A DNA stretch of 64,000 bases. It comes from the human T2T-CHM13v2.0 reference genome, Homo sapiens. How positions within the stretch are numbered: the first letter of the stretch is position 1; every line of letters begins with the position of its first letter. The stretch lies in assembly GCF_009914755.1 (NCBI RefSeq), contig NC_060929.1, one strand, 5' to 3'. Below are positions 1 to 15,631 of the stretch, piece after piece. The notes below the pieces were generated by a model. That model saw nothing but the letters and a program-made list of their open reading frames with translations. It was not told where the DNA came from and did no database searches. The translations under genes and the position numbers were made by a program.

Positions 1-142
1 GCTATGTCATGTGTGGGTGAAATAAGGGGCTGACACTCCCAGTAGCCATAGAGGGTCCTTTTTCATTTTATCATTATCCCCAACAATGCTGTGATCACCA
101 ATCCAGGCACACTGTCCAATTTTGTCATCCACCTTGGAATCT

Positions 143-433
143 TTTTTTTTTTTTTTTGAGATAGGGCTCTTGCTCTGTCACACAGGCTGGAGGGCAGTGG
201 TGTGATCACAGCTCACTGCAGCCTCAATCTCCCAGGCTTAAGCAATCCTCCCACCTCAGCCTCCAGAGTATCTAGGACTACAAGCAAGTGCCACCATGCC
301 CAGCTAATTTTTGTATTTTTTAAGAGACAAGGTCTCACTATGTTGCCCACGCTGGTCTCAAACACCTAGACTCAAGCAATCCTCCTCCCTTAGCCTCCCG
401 AAGTGTTAGGATTATAGGCATGAGCCACTGGCC
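143..433 (-). mobile_element. Alu (J-like)
   Basis: Poly-T followed by a reverse-complement Alu dimer. Confidence 0.9.
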
Positions 434-729
434 CTGTCCAGGGACCATTTTTATATAAACTTTCCAGTGAAATCCAGGCTGCTCTAGTCTGCCTTTTGCC
501 TACTAGCCTCCTTGTATATGCATAAATAATGCAGACTCATTTTAACTTGATGTTGATCTTACATAAAGTGTGGGTGGAAAAGTATATCTGCTGGGCAAGC
601 ATCTAGTGCATCAAATAACGAATCCTAAAGTTAAATGGAAATTATTTTTAGGTTGTCTGGGCAAATAGCACAGAAGGTGGGGGGAATCCAGAGATATGAC
701 CTCAGATGTGACACATGCAGACACACGAC

Positions 730-733
730 ACAC

Positions 734-768
<35 letters not shown>
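730..768. repeat. (CA)n microsatellite
   Basis: Direct CA run. Confidence 0.9.
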
Positions 769-771
<3 letters not shown>

Positions 772-2642
772 TATGGGTACACACAAATGCACCTTCTCTC
801 TTCCTTCTGCCCCCACACTAGCAGCTCCTTCCTGGCTTCCTCCGCCCCTCACTCACACAAAGGGCCAAAGCAAATACTTCAGCACTGAGTCATGTCCTAC
901 CTCATCTTGTTTCCAGCCTAGGAATCTCACCTCCCCACCTGGGCTGTGAGGTCTTCTGGGGCAAAGATGGTGTCTGCTTCTCCTTAGGTGTGCCCTCTTA
1001 GTCTGATCAGCCAGAGGACTGGACACCTAGGAGCTGCTTGCCTTTCCTTGAGCTCCGAGGGCAGTTGAGGATCAGGGAGGCAAGGGAGCTAGATGTCCAG
1101 TGGTAGACGCTCTCTAGGGCAGCCTCTTTGCCCCCCCAGGAATCTGCCTCTCCTGCCCAACCCGGATGCCAGATAACATAGGTTTCTTTTTTCTGTAGCA
1201 CTCTCCTAGAGGAGCTGTGTTAGGTAGATAATCTGCCTAGAGCTGGCCTAGCTGGGGATCAACTCAACAAGAATTTCTTGTTTCCAAGCGTCTCCTTCAC
1301 ATGGGCATCCAGTGCCAATTTGTGTCCAAGTCTCTTCCCTAGCACACGGGATGGAGGTCCAGCATATTTGGAGACAGCTCACTGTGTGCCAGAGCCACAG
1401 GTCCTAGAATATCCAGCAATCACAGTACCCAGGGCCACCCCAGCCTCACAAGTCACTGTGCCCAAGGCCCTGAGGGAAGAACAGCTTGCTCACTAGTGCC
1501 TGAAGGAGGCTCCCAAGGCAGCCACCTTGTACACTGGAGACACTCCCAGCAGTGGGAGGCAGATCAAGGCCAGGACACCGTTAATGAAGCTTTGACTAGG
1601 GTGAGGCATCTCAGGGCCAGCTGGCCTTGCTGCTTCTCACCCCACTCTAAGCCTTGATCTGTCCACATACTTGACCCTGTTAGAATCTGGTGTCTGCCCC
1701 TCCCCCATCCTGATGTAACACATCTCTGTAGCCTGAAGCCGGCCCAGTTCTTGGCTCAGAGCTACTGCGTCTGCAGCACAGATCTGTCCCTGAGCACAGC
1801 TCGCACCAGCTTCCCTGCAGGCCTAGAGCCCAAGCCCTGGCCTCAGGCAATCTCCGCTTCCCTTGAGGCCAGCCCAGAGCCCCAACTCAGTGAGTTCTCA
1901 TGAACTGTTTAGACTCCACCAGGTAATGAATTGTCCCCACTCTGCTGTCTCAGGAGCCAGGCTGGGCCAGGTATTCTCAGATTGAATTTGTTGGGAAGAA
2001 AGGGCACTCCACCTGCTGGAGGAGGGAGCACCTCCTGGAGGCCATGCCGCTCAGAAACTTTCTTCCCACACAGCTTCCAGCCCCAGGCTGCCCACCCAAG
2101 TCTCAGCAGGCCAAAGGCCTAGTGAGGCTTTTCTGTGCCCCTGCTGGAGCCCAACGTCCATGAGAAGGCTCTAGAATGCATTTAGGATCTGAGACTGGTC
2201 CAGCTGAAACAGCCCAGAGAGACCCTAATCCTGGGGCCCAGAGAGAGCCAAACAGGCCCCAGGCCACACAGAGGGCAGCCCTGAGGCTAGCCTAGAGGGC
2301 AGGTTTCTTGCCCCTTCCTACCAGGAGAAGCGTGTCCTTGCCACACCAATGATGTTTCTGTCCCTGGGTGGATTCCAAGCACCTGCGGGGCAACCAGCAC
2401 TGCCCAAATGCAGAGGGCTTCTTGGGTTCCCCCAGTAACCCCAAGGTCGACTCCTCCCCTCCATCTCCACAGCTCCTGCCCCTGCCCTTCCCCCCTTCCC
2501 AGTCTTGCTCCCTACATACTCCAGTACAAGCAAATTCATGAATTCGGTACATACATTTCCAGACCTTTTTTTCCCGTACAAAAATGCACATGTTTGTGTC
2601 TCTGTGTGTGTTCAGAGAAAAATGTAAACTTTCATTTTGTAG

Positions 2643-3757
<1,115 letters not shown>

Positions 3758-4414
3758 GGCTGCTTTGTTCTATTTGCACTGTGCATTATTTAGTTAGTCC
3801 TTCAGTGAATGGACATTCAGTCTGTTTCCACATTTTCACTGTTACAAACAATGCTGTAATGGCTATTCTTAAACTGCCATCCTTGTGCCCACATCAGAGG
3901 GTCTCACAGCGGGGGGTGGGGGAGGGTTCCTGGATTTAGAGCTGCACGCTCTCATCTCCTTCCAATGTGAGGCAACTGCAGGGTCTCACCTTCACTTCAA
4001 GCAGCTCACAAATGTAGTTTCTGGAACAAAGGGCAGTTCCCTCCTCAGAAGGAGCCCCCAGGGGTTAGCATCATGCTCCATACCCCACTGCATGCTATAA
4101 ACCAGGCAGACACCATCCATCTGTCTGACTTTGACTTCCCCTGTATCTTCCCACCTCCACTTCTCCCCTACCCCCAACCCCATCTCATATGAATCACCGT
4201 CACTATGCAGGTCCACCTCCAGGCCTTTCTCAAGAAACTCTCTTGCCCATTTCAACCTTCAGGATCCTCAGATGGCTTGTTGTACCTTGACCATCCTGCA
4301 TATGCTTAAGGACCTGTCTTCCTAAATGGGCTTAAATCCAGTGAAGGGAGATCTGGATCTGAGGCTCACTGCCTTAGCGTAGAGCCTTCATGGTGTGTTT
4401 GTAAATGTATGCTA

Positions 4415-5260
4415 CTTTTTTTTTTTTTTTTTTGGAGAGGGAGTCTTGCTCTGTCGCCCAGTGCGATCTCGACTCACTGCAAACTCTGCCTTCCGGGTTC
4501 ACGCCATTCTCCTGCCTCAGCCTCCCAAGTAGCTGGGACTACAGGCGCCCGCCACCACGCCTGGCTAATTTTTTTGTATTTTTAGTAGAGACGGGGTTTC
4601 ACCATGTTAGCCAGGATGGTCTCGATCTCCTGACCTCGTGATCCGCCCACCTCGGCCTCCCAAAGTGCTGAGATTACAGGCATGAGCCACCGCACCCAGC
4701 CCCATACTTTTTATTATTATTATTATTAGAGACATGGTATTGCTCTGTAACCCAGGCTGTAGTGCAGTAGAGCAATTCTAGCTCACTGTAGCCTCGAATA
4801 CCTGGGCTCATGCAATCCTCCTGCCTCAGCCTCCCAACCTGTTGGAATTACAGGCATGAGCCACCATACCCTGCCCCAATGTAATGCTATTTCTAATATA
4901 AGCCAAGTTACCTCCAGGGTGACTGTGAATCAGTAAATACATGGGGCCAGGTATGGTGGCTCACATCTGTAATCTCAGCACCATGGGAGGCTGAGATAGG
5001 AGTATCACTTGAGACCAGGAGGTCAAGACCAGACTGAACAACATAGTGAGACCCTGTCTCTATAAAAAATAAAAAATTAGCTGGACATGGTGGCTCATGC
5101 CTGCCGTCCCAGCTACTCAGGAGGCTGAGGCAGGAGGATCACTTGAGCCCAAGATGAGCTTGAGACCACAGTGAGCTATGATCGATTGCACCACTGCATT
5201 CCAGCTTAGGTGACAGAGTGAGACCCCGTGTCTAAAAAATAAATAAATAACAAATAAAAA
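4415..5260. mobile_element. Alu cluster: minus AluY/Sc (4415-4701), minus monomer (~4710-4875), plus AluJ (~4945-5260)
   Basis: Alu consensus motifs and A/T tails. Confidence 0.85.
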
Positions 5261-6174
5261 TAAATCAGTAAATACAAGGAAAGGGTCTTTGTAAGACTAT
5301 CAGATGTGGGGAGATTTGCTTTGATTGATCAGAAACCCTGGGAAAGGTGAAAGTAAGGGTTTTGCTTATACTGCTCAACTTGACTTAGAGCCAACACCTT
5401 CAGTTCTTGGTGGTCCTTGGATTGGGCCAGGCCTTTCAGCTCAGAATGGGGCGTGTCACACTTTGACTCTGGTTGGGCTGGCCCTTGACTTGGCTGGAGT
5501 TATTGGCTGCTGCCAGTTTCCGGGGAAGCGTTTGGAGGCCCCAGGGATCTTCATTTCCTTTTGCCATCTGTAGCCACCAGGCTGGATCTGAGAGTCTAAG
5601 AGGGACAGGTGGCCTGGCTGGCACATTATCCAGACATCTCCTGGGACTGGGCAGTACCGTCTCCGAACTGGCTGGCTAAGGCTCCAGAGGGGTGCCTCTC
5701 CCAGGCATGTGTTTGTAGTGCACCCCAGGAAGAGCCAAGTCTGGATCTTTCCAGGGCAGTGTCTTCAGCCATGAACACAGACCTGAGCAGATTTTCCCTC
5801 TGTTCCAAACCCAAGCTGCAATTTCTGCCTGGAGCCCAGAAGGCAGAAGCTGCTGGTTTTGTCCTCCCTGAATGCCAAATAATATGTTTTCTACAGAGTT
5901 TGGCACATAGTAGGCACATAGGAAATATTTACTGAATGAATGCTCATCCTCCTTTAGAGGAGGCCACCTCATCCCACTGGATACATGTGGCAGGGTAAAG
6001 ATGGGATGACAGAAACAGAAGAAACAGAAGGAAGTGTGAGCAAACCTTACTTGGATCTGTGCAATTAGCAAGTCTTCCCACTCCATTCTTTCCCTTTAGG
6101 ATTCCCAGGAATTCTCCAGGAACCCTAAGGTTACAGGGCAGGTATTGTGACCCAATTTTTCTAATCTCTAAACC

Positions 6175-7245
<1,071 letters not shown>

Positions 7246-7429
7246 CAGTGAGTATGTGAATACAAGTCTAGAACCCAAATGAGGACTTCTCACCTGGCAC
7301 AGAAGTGGGCTGCTGGGGAGTGTGGCTAACTACATCTGCGGCTTCTGCCTACCTTGATGACTCAAATTGTTGAGTCAGGTATTTTCTGTTTCTTTCCAAC
7401 CCTTGTATACCGCCTTGAACATAGCAAGT

Positions 7430-7620
7430 GCCAGGTGTGGTGGCACGTGCCTGTAGTCTCTGGAGGCTGAGGCGGGAGGACTGCTTGAGCCCAGGAGTTC
7501 TGTGTGGTAGTTCATTATGTGGATTGGGTGTCTGCACTAAGTTTGGCATCAATATGGTGACCTCCTGGGAGCAGGGGACCACGAAGTTGCCTAAGGAGGG
7601 GTGAACTGACCCAGGTCGGA
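7430..7620 (+). pseudogene. 7SL (SRP RNA) retropseudogene, 3'-truncated
   Basis: Alu-domain 5' end followed by S-domain sequence (gcactaagtttggcatcaatatggtgacctcc...gttgcctaaggaggggtgaac...ccaggtcggaa) that Alus lack; CpG-decayed; flanked by the direct repeat GAACATAGCA. Confidence 0.93.
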
Positions 7621-7753
7621 ACATAGCAGGCAATAAATATCCTGGGAATGAATGTTGAACCAATCTTATACTATTCTCTCAGTTTAGGGTTTTTAGGGTA
7701 TGCTGTACTTCTGCATCTGGACATGTACTGAAAGTTATTTGAAAGGATTTTTA

Positions 7754-9733
<1,980 letters not shown>

Positions 9734-10059
9734 TCATATTGTCTATTACACTAGAAAAACTGATGTCCAGAGTGACTGTGTGTATTTAGTCATGTATATT
9801 GATTTGTGTGTATTTCGTGTGCCAACAAAGTTTGCTAGACTGTGACCCTTGGAAGGCAATTAATGTGTTTTATTTCTCTCAGTATTTGTAGCATCCATTA
9901 CCATGCCTAGTACACAGAAGATCCTCAACAGAAGCTGTTTGAATTAAATTTCTACAGATACGTAGTTATCCATCTCTATAAACATTCACAGATAAATATA
10001 TACAGAGGACATCTCATTTTCAGGTAGCATCTGAGAACAAGTTGTGACAACTAGAAACC

Positions 10060-11050
10060 TTCCCTCTCTATCTTGAACTATTTCAATCAAGCTTTTGCTA
10101 GCATTATTCCATTGACATGGCTCTTGTCAAGGTCACCAGTAACCTCCATGTTGATGATTCCAATGATCAATTCTCAGCCTCCAGCTTGTCTGACCCCTCC
10201 ACAGCTTTGGACATAGGGCTTTCTTCCCTCCTGCAACTCTCTCTCACTTCCTTTGGCTTCCAGGATATTCCTATCTCTTTGAATGCTTTTTTTTTTCTTT
10301 AAACAACACTAACAACACTTTTGCTGATTCCTCTTCATCTTTCAGACATCTTTACCTTGCAGTGCTGAAGGGTACCATCCTTGAGCCCCTTCTCTTTCTA
10401 TGTTCACTTAGTTGATGATCTCAAATTTAAATACCATCCATCTGCTCACTGACCACTCTCCAATGACATCTTCAGCCCAGACCTTGCCCCTGAGCTGAGG
10501 CTATCATGTCTAGCTGCCTGTCAATGGCTGCACTTGGATGTCAAATAGGCATCTCAAGCTTCATATGTCCAACACTGAGCTCCTAATCCCCTAAAACCTA
10601 CTCCTTCCAGTTTCCTCCATCTCAGTTAAGGACAACTCCATCTTTCCATTGGTTCAAGGTAAAACACTTATCGTTGTCCTTGACTTCTTTCTTTTTCTCT
10701 CACTCCATCAGCAAATTCTGTCAGAGCTACCTTCAAAATGTAGATGACCGCTTTCCACCACTTCCATTGCTACCGCTCTGGTCCAATCATCTCTCACCTG
10801 GTTTATTCAGGTGGTCTCCCAACTGGCCTTCCTGCTTCAGCTTTGCCTCTTAAATCTGTTCTCCATGTAACAGCCAAGAGACCTGTTAAACCCAGGGTCA
10901 GATCATCTCAGTCCTCTGCTCAAAACTCTCCATATCACTCTAGCAAATGCCAAATTCCTAACAATGACCTAAAAGGCCCTATATAATCTCTTTCATTTAC
11001 ATATTAAGCATATTCCTGCCTCGGAGGCATTGCACTTGCTGGTCTCTTGA
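10060..11050 (+). mobile_element. L2 (LINE-2) 3' region
   Basis: L2 hallmarks ctcttgtcaaggtcaccagtaacctccatgttg, cacttggatgtc...aggcatctcaa, tctcacctgg...ctccaactggccttcctgcttc. Confidence 0.8.
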
Positions 11051-11052
11051 GA

Positions 11053-11577
11053 CCTTGGTTCTTAACCTTTTTTGTGCATGTGCCATGGACTGTTTTGGCA
11101 GTCTGTGACACCTGTGGACTCCTTCTGAGTATAGTATCTTTAAATCCATAAAATAAGTTCCACAAATCATTAAGAAAACAAATTGTACTGAAATACAACT
11201 CTCGAAATATTTAAACATATATATGTGCTTCTCTATTAATTCATTAAATTATAAGAGTTAGCAGCATGATTTTGAAGTAGTGATGAGTAAAATGATACTT
11301 TTTCAATAAATTACTCATAAAGTGTAACGATATTTTAAGATATTTGCAACAACTCTAAAGTGATATGAAAATATCTGTGATTTCTACCAGCAGTAATGTC
11401 ACAGGTGCTGCTAATATCACTGATTTGTTATCTGTATTCATAATTGAAGGACACGCTACATTTTAATTAGTGAAAATAAAGTTGTAATTTTTTTCTCACC
11501 TAAGGTCAAGATCCTCTGAATTCTATCCACAGACCCATGGAGAGGAGAGTCTATGGTCTCCAGGTTAAGAACGGCTG
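11053..11577. mobile_element. hAT-Charlie family non-autonomous DNA transposon
   Basis: Terminal inverted repeats ggttcttaacc (11057) and ggttaagaac (11563); AT-rich interior; interrupts the L2. Confidence 0.7.
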
Positions 11578-11845
11578 GCTTCTCTTCCCCCATGTACATA
11601 CACACATACTCCCACATACAGTTCACTCCTTTACCTGCTCTTCTCAAAGACTGTCTTCTCGGTGAGAACTTCCCTATTTTATTTAAAATTGCACTCCCAC
11701 ACTGTGTATCGCCCTTTCCTTCTTAAGAGTTTCTCCACAGCACTTAATCACTTTCAAACATATAGTTATTTTTATATTTTAGAGTTTAGAATAAAATCAT
11801 GTCCAATTTTAATAACCTGCTCACTCTAGCAGCTAACATTTTTAC

Positions 11846-12010
11846 CTTTTTTTTTTTTTTAAGTTCTGGGATACATGTGCAGGATGTGCAGTTTTGTTAC
11901 ACAGGTAAACATGTGCCATGGCGGTTTGTTGCACAGATCATCCCATCACGTAGGTATTAAGCCCAGCATGCATTAGCTATTTTTCCTGATGCTCTCCCTG
12001 CCCTGCTCCT
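11846..12010 (-). mobile_element. Older L1PA 3'-end fragment
   Basis: Poly-T then aagttctgggatacatgtgcaggatgtgcag...gtattaagcccagcatgcattagctatt. Confidence 0.85.
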
Positions 12011-15000
12011 CATTTATTTTATTTATTTACTTATTTGTGTGTGTGTGTGTGTGTGTGCTGTGTCCCCAACACCAAGAATGGTCTCTGGCATACGGGAGGC
12101 TTGTTGAAAAACAATGAAGGATTACATCTCCAAGAACTCTCTTTCTTCTCATTTCTTTCCTGTAAAAAGTTAATGAATGATTACGTCCAAAGCAGAGATT
12201 GTGGAAAAAGGAAAAAAAAAAAAGTTAATGAATGATTTGTGAGACTTTTAATAAAGATTAAGGAGTTACAATTAGCTTTATCGTTATCATTCTGTTAAAG
12301 CTTCCAAGGTTAACCTTAAACAGCAGCAGAGAACTGTGGGAATCCAAGGATTTTGATAGGGCTTCCAGTCCTAAGCAAGAGGTATTTTCAAGGGCTCATT
12401 AGAAGGCCTGGGTCTCACCCCAAGTCAGGGAACCACCTCAGAAGCAAAGTGCTGCTCATAAAATTCTTTCTTGCCAAGACAGCAATCAGATCCCCCCATC
12501 CCCAATCAAACCAATAATAGTAATACTTTTTATTTCTGGCAGTGTGGTAAAATAGAAACTACATAGGTCTCAAGGTCAGCTAGACCTAGGAGCCAATTCT
12601 GCCAGCACTTACTAGCTGTGTGGCTGTGGTAAGTTACTAAACCTTTCTGAAAAGGGAGGAAGGGGTTTGGGGGAGGATGAGATAGAATGGCTCACAAAGT
12701 GACCAGTACACTGCAGGTGCACTTTAAATGGTCACACTTCCCTCATCCATCTCTGGAGGTCATCTCTTTAGACTGTGCCACTGTAAACTGGTACCCTCAC
12801 TCCCACCCCGGAATGGACATCTGGACCTTGACCATCAAGCTTCAGAGAACAATTTCACCCTTCCAAAATAAAAAAAACCCACTTAGGTACCAGGCAAGGT
12901 GCTAATGAGCACTATGCACCCTGTGCCAGTTGCTGCTTTACACATACCACCTGTATATGTACGTACATACATATATGTGTATGTGCACACATGGCCTCAA
13001 GAACCCTCCAACCACCCCATTCTACCCAAAAGGAAAAAGCGATCCAGGGAGATGAATTCACTTGCCCACATCACACAGCTTCTGAAATGCAAAGCCAGGA
13101 TTAGAACCTAAGTATTTAACTATTTTGTTACACACTCCAAGTCTGCAGCACCTGTTTCCAGACTCTGAGCTTGGCTAGAGAAAAATACCACCAATTGACC
13201 ACTGAGAGCCACAGCCAGGTCTAACTGGAAGGTAATACCCAGACCATCCTCTTGCCAGACAATTCTCCTCAGACTTTGTGAATGAAGGCCAAGGAAGAAG
13301 AAATGTTGCAGTGACTCCCTTTGAGCTCATATTTCTTTCTTGTTGCAAAAACTGCTTATTTCAGCATTCATCATCTCCCTCTTTGTTGGGTAGACAATCC
13401 GCCCTGTCGGAGGATTTGTGCTGTTATTATGAGTTTGTTTATTATTAGATTTATTTCTCCTATAAGCAAATGTGTTCACAACATTCCATCGGGGAATCTT
13501 CTTAATTGTCACATAAATGTCATCTTATGTAAATTGAATATTTATCTTCCCATGGAAGGGGGTGGAGGGGAAAGGAAGAATAAACAATCTTCAGTCTTGG
13601 AGAGGGAAGGCGACTCCGGTGTCCATTCACAACTCACCCACGTGCCTTCAAAGCCAAAGGTGAGCTGAAAAATTATTGGATAATCTGAGGGGCAGCCGAC
13701 CATGAGGGGGAAGAAAAAGTTGGCCACGATGCTTTGGGGATGTTGGGCCAGGCTCCCCACAACCTCCTCCCGAGGCCAGACCCACCCCCTCCCCAGCTAG
13801 AGGCATTCCGAGGAGGTTGGAGCTTGACCCCCGATTCCTCCCCAACCAGGAGGCCAGTCCTTCTCCTTCCTCGAGAGAAGGTGAGCTCGGCGGGCGCAGC
13901 GGGTTGGGTGGGTGTGGCCCGCGGCTCCGGGAACAGACCCAAGGCCCCGCCACCGCCGGCTAGCAGCCCGACAGCCCGCCCGCCTGGCGAGCGCAGGCTC
14001 TTCTTCCAGAAACTGCGAGGATCCGAGCGTACTGTTTGTGCACCACAAGGTCAAGTCGGGAAGTGGAGCCGGAGGAGGAGGGGCGAGGAGGCGAAGGGTG
14101 GGGAGAGGGGCGCCCCGCTTCCTCGCCATGTGCCAGCCTTTGGAAGTTACCCCTCGGTTTTTAACCCTTTCGGGGTAATGGGAAGGAAGAGCAAGGAGGA
14201 AGGGGTCGCCCCGGGGCAAAATCCTGCTGGGGCCAGGATGTGCAACCACCCACCCACCCGCTCATCACTGCCTTCTCCACCCCCCGGAAATGCGGGGCAG
14301 CGCTAGGCGCCAGGAGGCACCCGGGAGGGGGGAGGGGGCGACGAGCCCAATGGGGACCCTCTCTACGGACCGCCCCTCTTTTCTTGAGGTCGCCTACAAT
14401 TTCAAGTTCCCCCGCCCGGAATGTTAGTTTTCCATTTGGAGTGGGTGCGGGGAGGAGGGCCGCGCCCCCTCCCCAAGACTCGCGTTCGCCCCTCCACTCC
14501 CCTCCTGCCAGCACTTTCTGCTCACTTCTGGTGCTGCAAAACGCCACGCAATTTATTCGATTCGCATTTTAAAACCAGCGATTCAGAAGCAGGGCCTAGG
14601 GCGAGGGTCTTCCAGCGCTGGAGCCCCGGGGGGCGGGGTGCTCAGTGCAAACCTCGTTCCCTCCGCGAGTGTCGCCTCCAGGCTGTTATTTGCAAAGAAA
14701 CGTCTTTTTGACGCAGGGAGAAATGGCAAATTTTAAGTACGTCATTAATATGGCGCCAAAAGATTTTTTTAAGTATAAGCTCGCTTTTTTTTTTTTTTAA
14801 GGTTGCGGGGGGCGCCGCCCGGGTCTGGGGCGCGTAGGGGGCGGGGTGTGAGCAGAAAGTGTGAGTGAAAGAGTGGAGGGGCGGGGTATGTGTGTGAGTG
14901 TGTGAAGTGTGAGCAGACCTGATGGGACTTGCACGGGCGCAGCCGCCGCTCGGGCCCGGCCCTGGGGACAGGGCGGGCTAGGGGCGCCCCAGAGTCCATG

Positions 15001-15314
15001 GGGAGTCCGGGCCCAGGGTGCCAGCAGGCGTGGTGGTGGGGCTGCGAGGGAGGGCACCCTTCCCCCACGGGGCCCGCAACGCTACCTGGACTCCCCGCCG
15101 GAGCCAAACAACTGGGCGGGGGGTTGGGGGGGCGGCGACGGGGGTGTCGGGAGCGGAGATCCGAGTGAATAAGAAAAAAGTGGCTACTCCCCCTCCCTCG
15201 CTCCTCCTGCCCGCCCCCACCCCACCCCCACCCCAACACATTTTTTTTTTCTAAAGAGATCACAAGGAAGTCTTGGTTTAAAAAGAAACAGAAACATACA
15301 CAGGGGGTTGGTGA

Positions 15315-15362
15315 ATGGTGCCGACCGCGGCCATCGCAGTTGGAGGCTATTTTTTGGGGGGG
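15315..15362 (+). CDS. JADE2: Candidate alternative first exon adding N-terminal MVPTAAIAVGGYFLGG
   Basis: ATG at 15315, 48 nt with no stop, then donor G|GTGAGT at 15363; phase 0, so in frame with the exon 2 ATG. Confidence 0.5.
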
Positions 15363-15449
15363 GTGAGTAGCGTCCATGGAGTTACTTTGCGCCCACTCCT
15401 AGCGGCACCGGCTTAGGTCCTGCGGGCCGACCGTCCCCGGCGGGGGGCG

Positions 15450-15631
15450 TGGGGCCTGGGACGCCGCGGGCCCGGCCGCCTCCCTCGCCGCGACCCCGGA
15501 TGGATGCGCGCCCCCCGCCCTCCCGCGCCGGCCCCAGGAGCTCCCGGCTTCGGGAGCATCCTTCCCGCGCCGGTCCCTGCAGCGGCGCGTAGCCGAGGGC
15601 AGCGCCCGTCAGGGGGGCACCGCGGAGCAAG
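15450..15631 (+). other. JADE2: Probable main non-coding first exon (start approximate)
   Basis: Ends at the strong donor CAAG|GTAAGA; splicing to exon 2 gives GCAAG-ATG-G, a strong Kozak context. The TSS cannot be read from sequence. Confidence 0.65.

Noticed and set aside
7430-7620. Functional SRP RNA gene
   Set aside because: Lacks the 3' third and the Pol III terminator, has an internal deletion in the Alu domain and shows CpG decay.
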